A DNA stretch of 64,000 bases from an uncultured Gammaproteobacteria bacterium. Its GTDB lineage: Bacteria; Patescibacteriota; Microgenomatia; Daviesbacterales; UBA10151. The stretch spans positions 4,023 to 68,022 of the forward strand of contig CAYMIA010000004.1 in assembly GCA_964390595.1 (NCBI GenBank). The letters run 5' to 3'. The position numbers and the translations under genes were made by a program. This document shows positions 31,248-42,000 of the stretch, piece by piece (positions within the stretch are counted from its first letter, which is position 1; each line of letters opens with the position of its first letter). The notes below the pieces were generated by a model, which did no database searches, was not told where the DNA came from, and was given only the letters and a program-made list of their open reading frames with translations.

Positions 31248-33229
31248 CTGCCTGGTTGCTTAACATACCAAGCATTAGCATAACCATTAACCCGGAAGTG
31301 TGGTGAAATTGGTTGATTGTCAACTTTTGCTTGCCAAGATTGATTGAAGCTCGTTGATAAAATAATAAAGAAGGGTGTCGTAGCATTATTAATGGACATA
31401 AGGTAATGTTCAGCATTTAACTTTTGAATTGCAAAGTGGGGGTTATTTAATAATTGACCGATACTACTGGGAAAATTTGAATCTTCGGTAAAGGCTTCTT
31501 TTGTAGGATTTAGCTGGCCGTTAATAATTAGATCTAAACCAGCTTTGGTTGAGGTAACCGGAAAAATTTTATTTGCCGTGTAACCCCAGTAAACAGGTTG
31601 AGTGTAGCGAAACAGCGATAAGGTATTAGATTGATAAGCTGGAGAGATGTCTCGCCATTTATTAATGATGTTTCGGGAATCTTGATAACTTTCAAAATAG
31701 CCAGCTTGACTGGAAATATCTTGATGGAGGATTACTTGGTTGATAGCAAAGAGAGGAAAAAGTTTGGAGAAATTAGGATTTTGAATGTATTGATAAAGTA
31801 AAGGATAAGGATCGCCTGGATTGTAATAAGTTCTCGAGAGAGCCGGTCTGACAAAAAAAAGTTCTGATTGTTCTTCACCTCTATAGCCCCAGGAGTAAGT
31901 TAGACTTGAGGTTAGCAAAAAAGGCATACTTAGAAGCCGCAAACTGTCCGATTTTTTTAAAATGTCATTAACTTGGTCATAAGAATTGGGGACTTGGTTA
32001 GCGTAGCCATCAAGTAATTCCCCATTCCACATTGGGAAAACTACGAATCCACAGATACTAATTAAACAAATAATTGAAAAAAATTTATTGTGGTTAGTGA
32101 TTTTAGCTAAACCTAGGCTCAAAAATAATGAATATGGTAGTAAAAAAACTAATCCAAATTTTTCATAAGGATTACGAAGAACCTGAGTTAGTTGGAAGTG
32201 ACTAAATAAAAACCCAAAAAACTCATTACCAAAAGGTGGGTTGGCTCCCTTGCTGACAAACCAGCCAACAGCTAGGATGCTGGCAAAAAGTTTGCCTGCG
32301 CTTCTCCTAACAGAGAAAATCAGACCAGCTAACATTATTCCGGTGATCAGCAAGAGTTCGTAGTTTTGATGAAGAAAGAAAGACCAATTTGGGTTGAGTG
32401 TAAAGTAATAATTTTGCTTTAGAAAAAGGACTGATAAATTGGGGAAAAAACGAGTGACCTCCTGAAGGGCGTTGAGATTTTTGTTTGGATCAAGTAACTG
32501 CGAATAATAATTATCTTTGACCAAGAGAAGCGGTCTGATCCACCAGATGTTGCTTAGCAGCCAAATGATTAATGTAGTTGCTCCAAGCAGACTAGTCTTG
32601 AGCCAGTTGGGCCGACCGATAATTATGAAATAAAGGCAAATAGCAGCTGCTGGAAGCCATAAAACAAATGATGCGGAGACAAAGCTGTACATTAGAGAAT
32701 AGATAAATGAACTTAAAGTTAAGGCCGCGAGGTAGCGAATCTTTCTGGATTTTAGAAATAGAGTAAATAAGAGTAAAAAAAGAGGTAAATATGACCATAA
32801 AAAAATTTGAGGAAATAAAAAACGGTACCAAACTTGAGACTCGGTATATAAATTAAAGGTGTAAAAAAAGGCGGCAATTTGAGCTTCGAATTGTTGTTTA
32901 GGCAGGAAAAGTTTAATTAGTAGGGGCATTGAAATTAATGGAACTAATATCAGAGCGAAAAAAATAACTTGCTGGATTAAGACCGGAGGAATATTTAAAT
33001 AACTGAGGGAGGAGATAAATAAGTAGAAGGGAATCCTTGGGACTGCTAGTGGATTGGCTAAACCGAGACCGCTATCTGTCCAAATGGTACTATATAACTG
33101 ATAGGTATGTATGGGCCGGTAAAAAATTGGTCCTTCCTCATTGGCCATTAAGGTAAGTCCTTTTCTAAACCAAACTAAACTTAAGAAAGCCGCGATAATT
33201 AAACATAAAAAGAGATACTTTTTCATCAA
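31214..33229 (-). CDS. large polytopic membrane protein, YfhO/AftD(DUF3367)-like putative glycosyltransferase
   Basis: At 671 aa. Its N-terminal membrane region is paralogous to the 44939 gene (..W.....GLG..N....). The C-terminal soluble domain ends in PHFRVNGYANAWYV, matching the GYANGW motif of the 39053 gene. Confidence 0.55.
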   Translation of the reverse strand: MMKKYLFLCLIIAAFLSLVWFRKGLTLMANEEGPIFYRPIHTYQLYSTIWTDSGLGLANPLAVPRIPFYLFISSLSYLNIPPVLIQQVIFFALILVPLISMPLLIKLFLPKQQFEAQIAAFFYTFNLYTESQVWYRFLFPQIFLWSYLPLFLLLFTLFLKSRKIRYLAALTLSSFIYSLMYSFVSASFVLWLPAAAICLYFIIIGRPNWLKTSLLGATTLIIWLLSNIWWIRPLLLVKDNYYSQLLDPNKNLNALQEVTRFFPNLSVLFLKQNYYFTLNPNWSFFLHQNYELLLITGIMLAGLIFSVRRSAGKLFASILAVGWFVSKGANPPFGNEFFGFLFSHFQLTQVLRNPYEKFGLVFLLPYSLFLSLGLAKITNHNKFFSIICLISICGFVVFPMWNGELLDGYANQVPNSYDQVNDILKKSDSLRLLSMPFLLTSSLTYSWGYRGEEQSELFFVRPALSRTYYNPGDPYPLLYQYIQNPNFSKLFPLFAINQVILHQDISSQAGYFESYQDSRNIINKWRDISPAYQSNTLSLFRYTQPVYWGYTANKIFPVTSTKAGLDLIINGQLNPTKEAFTEDSNFPSSIGQLLNNPHFAIQKLNAEHYLMSINNATTPFFIILSTSFNQSWQAKVDNQPISPHFRVNGYANAWYVKQPGSYSVELSFDTI

Positions 33230-33258
33230 ACTTTATTTGGCATATTGTACTATACACC

Positions 33259-33287
33259 TTGAAAGTTGAATTTCTTAAGAATAAAAT
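33259..33287 (+). promoter_or_regulatory. candidate sigma70-like promoter (TTGAAA-17nt-TAAAAT) upstream of GNAT gene
   Basis: TTGAAA at 33259-33264, a 17-nt spacer, then TAAAAT at 33282-33287. It lies in a 76-nt divergent intergenic region, 18 nt upstream of the ATG at 33306. Confidence 0.35.
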
Positions 33288-33305
33288 GCAAAAAAGTCTG
33301 AAATT

Positions 33306-33839
33306 ATGAAAGTTAATGTAATTGTAATTAGAAGATTGAGATGGGAGGACGTTGACCGACTGAATGATTTTGTTAACCGTCTTTCTAAGGAAGATACTTT
33401 TGTCATGTTGTCTGGAGAGACGGTTACTAGAGAAGATCAGATTAATTATGTAGTTAACTCACTTTTGCAAACTGAAAGGTTAAATAAAATTCACTTAATT
33501 GCAGTTCAAAATGGGCAGGTTTTAGGTAACGCTGAAGTCCGACCTTTTGAGAAGAGAAAAAAACATGTGGGAGTGGTGACTATCGCTATTGATCAATCTG
33601 CCCGGGGCCAAGGGTTGGGGACTAAATTGCTTAAGAGGCTAATTGAAGAAGCTAAAAGAACTCATTTTAGAATGCTGACTCTTTCCTCAATGGAAAACAA
33701 TGTAGCTGGTCGTGCAGTTTACAAAAAGTTAGGGTTTGTGCAAGTGGGAATTATTCCAGAGTCCTTTATTTACAAGGGCGAATATGTTGGTGAAGTTTTC
33801 TATTATCTACCTTTACGAAAAGTTCTTGGAAAAAGCTAA
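33306..33839 (+). CDS. GNAT-family N-acetyltransferase
   Basis: VGVVTIAIDQSARGQGLGTKLLKRLIEEAK is the Q/RxxGxG/A acetyl-CoA binding motif A. Confidence 0.7.
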   Translation: MKVNVIVIRRLRWEDVDRLNDFVNRLSKEDTFVMLSGETVTREDQINYVVNSLLQTERLNKIHLIAVQNGQVLGNAEVRPFEKRKKHVGVVTIAIDQSARGQGLGTKLLKRLIEEAKRTHFRMLTLSSMENNVAGRAVYKKLGFVQVGIIPESFIYKGEYVGEVFYYLPLRKVLGKS

Positions 33840-34334
33840 CTTTTTTTGTTTTGAAGAAAATCGATTCTTAATAAAGCGAGCTGGGATCCCCCCAACGATG
33901 GTATAGGGGGCGATATTTTTGGTGACTACCGCGTTTGATCCAACGATGGCGCCTTTGCCAATTCTGACGTTTGGCATTATCACAGCGTTTGCCCCAATCC
34001 AAACATCATCCTCTATACTGATTGGACCTCCATTAAAACCTTGTTTTTTAATTGGCAGATTGGGGCTTTCATACGAGTGATCTTCAGAGACGAGATTAAC
34101 GTTATAACTGAGCATGACGTAATTTCCAATTTTAACTCCACACTGCCCGCCAATTTTTGTATCTTTGTTAAGTAAGGTATGATGTCCAATTTCTACTTTA
34201 TGGGGACTCATAATGACAACCCCACTCATAATGTCGACGCTCCTGCCGAGTTTTTTTAAAAAGAATCTCCAGAAAAAGGATCTAATTTGGGAGATTGAAT
34301 GAATATATAATTTGAAAACAAGCTGTAATTTCAT
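33813..34334 (-). CDS. hexapeptide-repeat (LbH) sugar O-acetyltransferase
   Basis: DDVWIGANAVIMPNVRIGKGAIVGSNAVVTKNIAPYTIVGGIPARFIK carries classic [LIV]-G-x4 hexapeptide repeats. The start could be M1 or the internal MSGVV. Confidence 0.7.
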   Translation of the reverse strand: MKLQLVFKLYIHSISQIRSFFWRFFLKKLGRSVDIMSGVVIMSPHKVEIGHHTLLNKDTKIGGQCGVKIGNYVMLSYNVNLVSEDHSYESPNLPIKKQGFNGGPISIEDDVWIGANAVIMPNVRIGKGAIVGSNAVVTKNIAPYTIVGGIPARFIKNRFSSKQKKLAFSKNFS

Positions 34335-35453
34335 TTAGTTATTTTGCAGGTAATCAGCGATAATTCTAGAAGGCTTTTTTTTAGGAGTAATTCCCTTTTT
34401 CTGATAGATGGGATAATTTAATAGAAAATCTTTCATGATTGTTGTATCGCCTAGACTAATGACGACATTTTCTCCGATGCCTTCAGTTTGCTCAACTCTT
34501 TCTCTTAGAGCTAAATAGGGTTTGCCAAGGAGGTAGGATTCATATTGATTGGTTGCGCTATCAGAGGCGATATACTCAGCATTTCTCATTAAATTTAAGA
34601 AATCTGAGTAAGAAAGTAGCGGGAGAGTGACGATTCTTTTTCGGTTGTCTGGAGAAAGTGTGGGTTTGATTGAGGAAATGATTTGATTGGAGAGTGGATG
34701 ATCAAAGATGATGCATTTGAGTTTGGGATCGGAGTTTTTTAGGACAAATTTGAGAATTCTTTTTGTCCATTCCTTCCTGAAAAAGACATGCTCTTGGCGA
34801 TGCATGATTAATATGTAATATTTTCCAAAGTCCTTGATCAATTTTTGGATGTTTTGACTGGGCTTTTTTTTCAAAGAAAATTGAAAGACCTCGGTTTGAG
34901 TGTTGTAGTAAGTGTTGATTCTTTTTTTGGTTAACCCATGGACTTTGTTTAAATTATTCATTGCCCAATCACCTGGAGGGAAAAGGACATTGGCTAAGTG
35001 AATGTTAATATTCCGGCAGATCTCTTCTGGGAAGGGTTCTCTTAAATCAAAAGACAGATCACCTGATTCCAGATGAATTAAATTTAACCGATAGAACTTA
35101 GCTAAAATGGCGCCTATAGAGGTTGAGATTGGATCTCCAAAAATTATAAAGTGACAGTTTTTGATACTGAGGTCTTTAAATTCACCTCTTAACTTAAAAA
35201 GGGCAGTGAAGAAGACGTTAATACTCCAAAGGGCAAAGTGAAGTGCAGAGGATTTATCGCCCTTTTCCTTAAGGGTGATATCGATTTTGATTTCTCCAAC
35301 GTATTCTTTCAGTTGATCAGTATGAATTTTATTTTGACCAGAAGAGATTATTTTAAAAGGCATCCGCCTTTTTTTAAGCTCTTTTAAAATTGGCGAAATT
35401 CTCACCAACTCGGTAGTTGTCCCAATGAAAAAATAAATTCTTTTGTTTGGCAT
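34335..35453 (-). CDS. UDP-N-acetylglucosamine 2-epimerase-like protein (Epimerase_2 / GT-B-like fold)
   Basis: The likely start is the ATG at 35453 (MPNKRIYFFIGTTTELVRISP); the ORF track extends it to 35510. HLESGDLSF...PFPEEICRNINIHLANVLFPP and ILIMHRQE resemble the WecB/NeuC H(V/L)EAG...P(W/F)PEE and HR-E segments. The similarity is only moderate. Confidence 0.5.
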   Translation of the reverse strand: MPNKRIYFFIGTTTELVRISPILKELKKRRMPFKIISSGQNKIHTDQLKEYVGEIKIDITLKEKGDKSSALHFALWSINVFFTALFKLRGEFKDLSIKNCHFIIFGDPISTSIGAILAKFYRLNLIHLESGDLSFDLREPFPEEICRNINIHLANVLFPPGDWAMNNLNKVHGLTKKRINTYYNTQTEVFQFSLKKKPSQNIQKLIKDFGKYYILIMHRQEHVFFRKEWTKRILKFVLKNSDPKLKCIIFDHPLSNQIISSIKPTLSPDNRKRIVTLPLLSYSDFLNLMRNAEYIASDSATNQYESYLLGKPYLALRERVEQTEGIGENVVISLGDTTIMKDFLLNYPIYQKKGITPKKKPSRIIADYLQNN

Positions 35454-35542
35454 TCTTGACAAATGTATCTGTATTATATAGTAAGAATAGCCTAGAGGAT
35501 AGCTGGTCAAAGGTTAAATTCCATAGTATGATGGTTGAATAA

Positions 35543-36373
35543 ATGGCAGGTATTTTGGAAAAATTAAATCTCTTGCTAGCCAATACTGGCGATATGGCGC
35601 TAAAAAGAAGGGCGAAAGATTTAGTTTTGGCTCTAGAATTAACAGATGGGGATAAAGTTCTGGATATGGGTTGTGGAGATGGGTATTATGCTTATTTAAT
35701 GTCTAATTTAGGGTTAAAATTAAATATTACAGCTTCTGATTTTGATCCGGTTGGGCTTTTGAACGCCAAGAAAAATTTAAAGAGTTCAATTAAAGTTATT
35801 CAGTCTGATTTGATGCAAAAAACACCTTTTAAAAATTCCGAGTTTGATAAAATAGTTATGTCGGAGGTTGCAGAGCATTTACCAGATGATTTAAAGGGGT
35901 TAAAGGAGGTCTACAGAATTTTAAAACCAGATGGAATTTTGGCTTTAAGCGTACCGGATCACAACTATCCAATTTTATGGGACCCGGTCAATTGGATTTT
36001 GGAGCGAACTTTGGGGATACATGTTAAGAGTGGTTTTTTTGCAGGCATTTGGAATCAACATATTAGGCTTTATAAAAGGTCTCAGATAGTAAATGTTGTT
36101 GAAAGGGCTGGTTTTAAAGTGGAGGAAGCTAAAGCGATTACCTTATGGAGCTTGCCCTTTAATCATTATTTAGTGAATCTAGTTGCCAGGGCTTTACATG
36201 GAGGAGCTTTGTCAAAAGAAGCTGCCAGTGCGCTTAATAAATATGAGAAGTCTCCCAAGCGGCCAGGGGTAATCAATTTAGCTTTTGGTTTGGTAAATTT
36301 AGTCGATAAATTGAATGACTTATGTAGTTCTAAGGAAATTGGGGTATCTATATTTGTGAAGGCAAGAAAATGA
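35543..36373 (+). CDS. class I SAM-dependent methyltransferase
   Basis: VLDMGCGDGYYA (motif I), FDKIVMSEVAEHL and LKPDGILALSVP. Confidence 0.7.
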   Translation: MAGILEKLNLLLANTGDMALKRRAKDLVLALELTDGDKVLDMGCGDGYYAYLMSNLGLKLNITASDFDPVGLLNAKKNLKSSIKVIQSDLMQKTPFKNSEFDKIVMSEVAEHLPDDLKGLKEVYRILKPDGILALSVPDHNYPILWDPVNWILERTLGIHVKSGFFAGIWNQHIRLYKRSQIVNVVERAGFKVEEAKAITLWSLPFNHYLVNLVARALHGGALSKEAASALNKYEKSPKRPGVINLAFGLVNLVDKLNDLCSSKEIGVSIFVKARK

Positions 36374-37563
36374 AAAAAAAGATCCGCTTTTACTTTTTTG
36401 CTTTAGCTGCTTTGGGGAGTGGTATCTCAGGAAGTGACCGTATTTTTATTGAATTTGCTAAGCGTTGGTCTAAAGAAAATCCAATTGATATTTTTGTGTG
36501 GATGGAAGGTTACAAGATGTGTAAACGGTCGGATCTGTTGGGAGAAAATATTTTTTATCACGTTTCTCCAATGCAACCTTGGATAAAGTTGGGTTTTGTA
36601 ATTAACTATTTGGCTAGAATTATCGAGTCAGTCAGAGTGGCGCTGTTTTATAAGCTTCCGAAAGAGGAAGAAATTATTTGCTACTCGGCTTCTGACTTTT
36701 GGATGGATGTATTGCCTTGTTTGGTTTTGAGATTAAGGTCCAAAGATGTGGTTTGGGTTGCCAGTTGGTATCAAACTGCACCTTCACCTATCAATGGATT
36801 TAGTGAAGGGAGTAGAGAGCATACTTATCGGTTTAATGCGTTTTTATACTGGTTTATGCAACTGCCAATGAAGCCTTTGGTTGCTCATTTAGCTGATTTT
36901 ATTTTTATTAACAATGAAAGTGAGAGAAAACAGTTTAGACAAAAAAATAAATTAGTTGTAGTATTGGGTGCGGTAGATTTGGATAAAGCTGATGAATATC
37001 AGAGAACGCACAAAGCCGTGACCAAAAAGTATGAGGCTGTTTTTCAGGGCAGATTTCATCCTCAAAAGGGTGTAGTTGAATTGGTTAGTATTTGGGAGCG
37101 GGTTGTTCAAGTTTTTCCAAAAGCGAAATTGGCTATGATTGGCGACGGCGGATTGATGGGTGAGGTAAAATCAAAGATTGAGGAAAAAGGATTGGAAGAT
37201 AATATTGATTTATTTGGGGTGGTATTGGATGGTCCAAAAAAATATCAAATTTTTTCAGAGAGCAAAATGGTTGTTCATCCAGCATTTTATGACAGTGGAG
37301 GTATGGCCGCAGCTGAGGCGATGGCTTTTGGGCTTCCGGCTGTGGGCTTCGATCTACCTGCCTATAAATCGTATTATCCTCAAGGTATGGTGAAAGTGGA
37401 GATTGGTAATTTGGATCAGTTTGCCTCAACCATACTTGATTTAATACAAAACCCGGACAAGCGACAAAAAATTGGCAAGTTGGCTCAAGCTCAAGTTGTG
37501 GAGAACTTTGATTGGAATAAACGGGCTGACCAAATTTACTCACAAATAACAGCTAGAATATGA
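36370..37563 (+). CDS. family 4 glycosyltransferase
   Basis: HPAFYDSGGMAAAEAMAFGLPAVGFDLPAY is the EX7E-like region. The start overlaps the upstream stop (ATGA). Confidence 0.75.
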   Translation: MKKKIRFYFFALAALGSGISGSDRIFIEFAKRWSKENPIDIFVWMEGYKMCKRSDLLGENIFYHVSPMQPWIKLGFVINYLARIIESVRVALFYKLPKEEEIICYSASDFWMDVLPCLVLRLRSKDVVWVASWYQTAPSPINGFSEGSREHTYRFNAFLYWFMQLPMKPLVAHLADFIFINNESERKQFRQKNKLVVVLGAVDLDKADEYQRTHKAVTKKYEAVFQGRFHPQKGVVELVSIWERVVQVFPKAKLAMIGDGGLMGEVKSKIEEKGLEDNIDLFGVVLDGPKKYQIFSESKMVVHPAFYDSGGMAAAEAMAFGLPAVGFDLPAYKSYYPQGMVKVEIGNLDQFASTILDLIQNPDKRQKIGKLAQAQVVENFDWNKRADQIYSQITARI

Positions 37564-38375
37564 AAGATCCCAAGGTGTCAATTATTATCCCAACCAAAAA
37601 TTCAGGTCAGTTTATCGGAAACTGTTTAAAAAGTATTAAAAAACAGACTTATTTGAATATTGAAATAGTTATTGTGGATAATTTCTCTAGGGATAAGACT
37701 CCTGAGATCGCCAAAATTTATACTAAAAATTTTTATCAAATTGGACCGGAACGCTCAGCGCAAAGAAATTATGGTGCTAAGAAATCAACCGGTAAATATA
37801 TCTTTTTTGTTGATTCAGATATGGAGTTGTCACCTGAGGTTGTTGCTGCGGCGGTTAGAGTAATGGAAGCAGAAAAATTGGTTGGATTGGTTATACCGGA
37901 AGAATCATTTGGTGAAGGATTTTGGGCAGCTTGCAAAAAATTGGAGAGAAGTTTTTATGTCGGAATCGATTTTATGGAGGCATCAAGATTTTTTCGAAAA
38001 TCGGCTTTCGTTCAGGTGGGTGGCTACGATGAAGATTTGATTAGTGGGGAAGATTGGTATTTATCTCAGCGTTTGGAAAAGATTGGACAGACCCTGAATA
38101 TACCGAATTTGGTTTATCATAATGAGGGGCAGATTACTTTGTTATCAAGCATGAGAAAGAAATTCTATTATGCCAAACACTTTGCTAAATATATGAATTT
38201 AAAGGATAATGAGCACTTAAAAGATCAGATTAGTATAACTCGGCGTTACGCACTGTTTTTATCACACCCGATTAAGTTATTTAAAAATCCGATTTTAGGG
38301 CTTGGGATGTTACTTATGAAAACTAGCGAGTTTGCAGCTGGGGGGGTTGGATATTTGCTTTCACTTAGAGGGTAA
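37560..38375 (+). CDS. family 2 glycosyltransferase
   Basis: VSIIIPTKNSGQFIGNCL...IVIVDNFSRDKT, GPERSAQRNYG and a VDSDME motif. It is a paralog of the 29290 gene. Confidence 0.8.
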   Translation: MKDPKVSIIIPTKNSGQFIGNCLKSIKKQTYLNIEIVIVDNFSRDKTPEIAKIYTKNFYQIGPERSAQRNYGAKKSTGKYIFFVDSDMELSPEVVAAAVRVMEAEKLVGLVIPEESFGEGFWAACKKLERSFYVGIDFMEASRFFRKSAFVQVGGYDEDLISGEDWYLSQRLEKIGQTLNIPNLVYHNEGQITLLSSMRKKFYYAKHFAKYMNLKDNEHLKDQISITRRYALFLSHPIKLFKNPILGLGMLLMKTSEFAAGGVGYLLSLRG

Positions 38376-38377
38376 CT

Positions 38378-38971
38378 ATGAAGAATATATTTGATGAAGT
38401 TAAAAAAAGAGGTATTTGGGAATCTGTTTTTTTGGTGTTTTACCTATTAAATATTAAGATAAGATCAATGATTGCGGTACCCTGGTTTAGATTCCGAGGG
38501 TATGATATAGATTATTCAGCAACTCTTTACAAAAAAGTAATCTTGCGGATCTCTACTCCTGGTTCAATAAAGATTGGTCAAAATTGTGGAATTGGGGACT
38601 ACTCAAGAATTCGCTGTTTTGGCTTAGGTCAGATTAAAATTGGGAAAAATGTGTCAATTAATGAATATGCAATTATCCATTCAGGCCAAATGATTAAGAT
38701 TGGAGATAATGTGACTCTGGGAGCTTTTTGTTACATTAATGATACCAATCACTCTTTTGAAAAGAAAGACCGCCCAATTAATCTGCAGGAGTGGAAGGCT
38801 CAGGGAATTGAAATAGAAGATGATGTTTGGTTGGGAGCCAATGTGACTGTTTTAGATGGGGTTAAAATTGGGAAAGGAGCAGTGGTTGGGGCAGGGGCTG
38901 TAGTGACTAAAAATATTGACTCTTACTCTGTGGCGGTTGGTGTGCCTGCTAAAGCGATTTATTCGCGCTAG
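38378..38971 (+). CDS. hexapeptide-repeat (LbH) acetyltransferase (WcaF-like)
   Basis: DDVWLGANVTVLDGVKIGKGAVVGAGAVVTKNIDSYSVAVGVPAKAI. Confidence 0.75.
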   Translation: MKNIFDEVKKRGIWESVFLVFYLLNIKIRSMIAVPWFRFRGYDIDYSATLYKKVILRISTPGSIKIGQNCGIGDYSRIRCFGLGQIKIGKNVSINEYAIIHSGQMIKIGDNVTLGAFCYINDTNHSFEKKDRPINLQEWKAQGIEIEDDVWLGANVTVLDGVKIGKGAVVGAGAVVTKNIDSYSVAVGVPAKAIYSR

Positions 38972-39052
38972 AAGTTACTTTCTATTGATAATCTGAGGTC
39001 AATTATATATTGTATGTATGAATTAGCCGGGAGTCTCGGGCTTTTAGGTAAT

Positions 39053-42000
39053 ATGAAAAAAATTTTGTTCATTCTCTTTGTTTCACTGGTAGTTGTGATT
39101 AGTTGGAGGTTGATAGCTTATGTTCAGCAAGATATTAGCAAAAATGGTTTTTATACTATTGTTAGTAATGAGTATCGGAATGGTTTTTTCGCTCATGGAG
39201 GTGTTGTTGCTTGGCAGGGGGATAAGCTAATTGGGCAATTTAGCGCGCATGATGATAATTTGGGAATCATTCAAATTCCCACTAAATATCTGCCTCTAAG
39301 TTTGGCTGGTCAAACTGTTTTTAAATTAAAAAGCTTAAGTCAAAATGACTGGTCTTTTCAGGGGACATATGAAAATAAGGGGATACTAATTTATGATTCC
39401 TACCCGTTTGGCCTACCTTTAATTACTGATTCAAAGAAGCGGACTTATCAGTTTGAGATAACATCAACTAACATTGATTCAACTAAAAATCCAGATTTTA
39501 GCTCGAATCACTTGTTCACTGAAAAGTATGTTTTTCCTCATCAATCAACCAAGCAATATCCTTTGATTCTAATCAAAAAGATCTCTTCAGCTTTCTCTGA
39601 TGAAAGTTTTTGGCGCTGGGATTGTCTACTCGTGCCGACATTATTATTCGCATTTCTTTTGCTGGGAATTTTTACCAAGACAATTAGGGATAATTTAATT
39701 AAACCCTTTGTTTTAGAACTGCTTCCTTCATTGTTCAAAAAAAGACCTGTCTTGATTCTTATATCGGCGGTGGTTTTGTTTTTTTTCTATCTGTCAAATT
39801 TAAATTCTAATCTATTTTTTTTACTTTTCCTATTTACTTGGTCAACTTTAATCTTATGTTTTAAATTGAAACCTGATTTTTCATTTAAAGCAGCTATAAC
39901 TGTTCTTTTATTAATACCGGTTTTTATCTTTTTAGGCCATGACAAATTATCTGAAGAGATCGCAGTTTTTGTTTGGGCTTTTTTTATTATTGGGGTGGGA
40001 CATTATTTAGTAGATTACTATTTTTCAAAACAGGCTAAAATCCGTTCCTTAGAACGAGCTTGGGTTGAGTTATCCAAAAAGCAAAAATTCCTTATCGGAG
40101 CGGCAGTTGTACTGGGAATTTTTGGCATTTCGATTTTTTTTAAAAGTTACTATTTAGGTGGGGATGATACTAAATTTTATTATCTGTATCCGGATCTTTT
40201 TTATCAAAATTTTGTGTCCAAAATTGGTCCTGATACATCAGTTAGTAGCCTGCTGAGTTTGCTTCCCCCGACTAGCATTGCTCCCTTTATTTTGCCACTA
40301 GTTGCTATAAAATTTATCTTTAGAGCAGCGAACCTGCAATTTGTCTTGTATTCTTTAAATATATTCTTTGGAGTTTTTTTCTTCTATAAGTTTATCGACT
40401 ATTTAATTCCAAGGTCGGACATCTTTAGTAAGTGGGCTAAGTTTTTGGGAGCTTTACTTTATTGTTTTTCGATTTTTAATTTTTATTCGTACTTTAATTC
40501 TCAGCTTCTGGTGATGTACTTGCTGAGTACTTTTCCTTTAAGCATGCTTTTGTTTATTAAAGCTGTGAGAGAGCAAAAAATTCATTTGGTGGTGATTTGT
40601 GCATTGATCAGTACTATTTTTGGCTTTCTGTCAGTTTATATCCCATGGCTCTCAGCGCTATTCATTGTTTCTTTACCCCTTTATCTACTGTTTTTTTTGG
40701 AGCATAAAAAAAGGTTTTTAGCATACTCAGGCCTTTTGATTGGATTGTTGATTTTGCTCAACTGTCATTGGTTTGTTTATCTGACTTTCTCATCAGTTTT
40801 AAACCAGTCGTTTGGTTATACGGATCCCAGTATTACAACTGATGCATTTAGGAAGTTAAATGAGCAGGGAATTAAGATAGCTTCATCGATTAATTCACCC
40901 ATTTATCCGTTACTTAATTCTTATCATTATGATATCCAAAAGAATTTTAACTGGCCATTTTTGGCGATTTACGAGTCTTGGTATAAAAATTTGCTTTGGA
41001 TTAATATTTTCTTTATAGGGATTATTTTATGGGCGGTTTTTTTAAACAGCAAAGAAAAGGGTTCGAATTGGCCATTTGTTACAACTGTGTCAAGTTTGCT
41101 TATTGGAGTCTACTTTTTTACAGTCAATATTGGGGGATGGGGGCAGCCACTTTTTATCTGGTTAAATAATACTATTCCTGGTTTTGTAATGTTTAGAAAT
41201 ATGTATGATAAATTTGCTCCTGCCATGGCTTGGAGTTTTGCTTTAGCATTTAGTGCAAGTTTAATATCAATAATTTTAAGAATTCATTCAAAGCAGACAA
41301 AACAGATTTTGTTGGGATTTAGTCTGTTTTTAATTGCACTTAATGCGAAGCCTTTTTTGTTAAACGAGTTCAATAATGTGCCAATTTGGACAACTAAAGC
41401 TACTTACAATACTATTTCGGGTTTGAATCAAGATTACTTAAATCTCCTCGAGTTTGTTAGAAGTCAGGATACTTCGGCAAGGTATTTGGAATTACCTCTA
41501 AGCTATGGAAACATTTCACAAATCCAAGATCAAAGTTTATCTAATCACTACTATAACGGTTTGGCGCCGCTTTTAATATTAACTGGCAAAAATGATTATT
41601 CTGGGGCAATGAGCTTTGGTAGTTTTGGGCAGGAATTGATCGATGATATCCAAGAACACCGGTACCAAGAGTTTGGTTTATTACTTAGGCAGTTTAATGT
41701 AAAGTATGTGATTGTTAATAAGAGTCTCAATGATGAGTTAATTAATAGTTATATTTTTGGTGGTTTGTATCAAAAACAAAACGATGAGTTTAAGAGAGTT
41801 ATTTTGGGTCAGAAAATTAAAGATTTTGGTAGTAGATACTCGATGTATGAAATAAATCCCGAGTTTGCAGTTGACAAGATTTATCTGGCGGCGGATTTTA
41901 AACAATTACCAACGGTTAATGAACTTCAATTTAAAAAGCTTTCAAGTACTAAATATCAAATTAACATTCCCTCTATCCATCAAGATTCTGACCTGGTTTT

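Noticed and set aside
39030-39052. Possible terminator hairpin GCCGGGAGTCTCGGGC followed by TTTTAGG, upstream of the 1100-aa membrane gene.
   Set aside because: The inverted repeat is imperfect; the arms do not pair beyond 3 bp without mismatches. It also lies within 25 nt of the downstream start codon, so it is more likely RBS/leader sequence.
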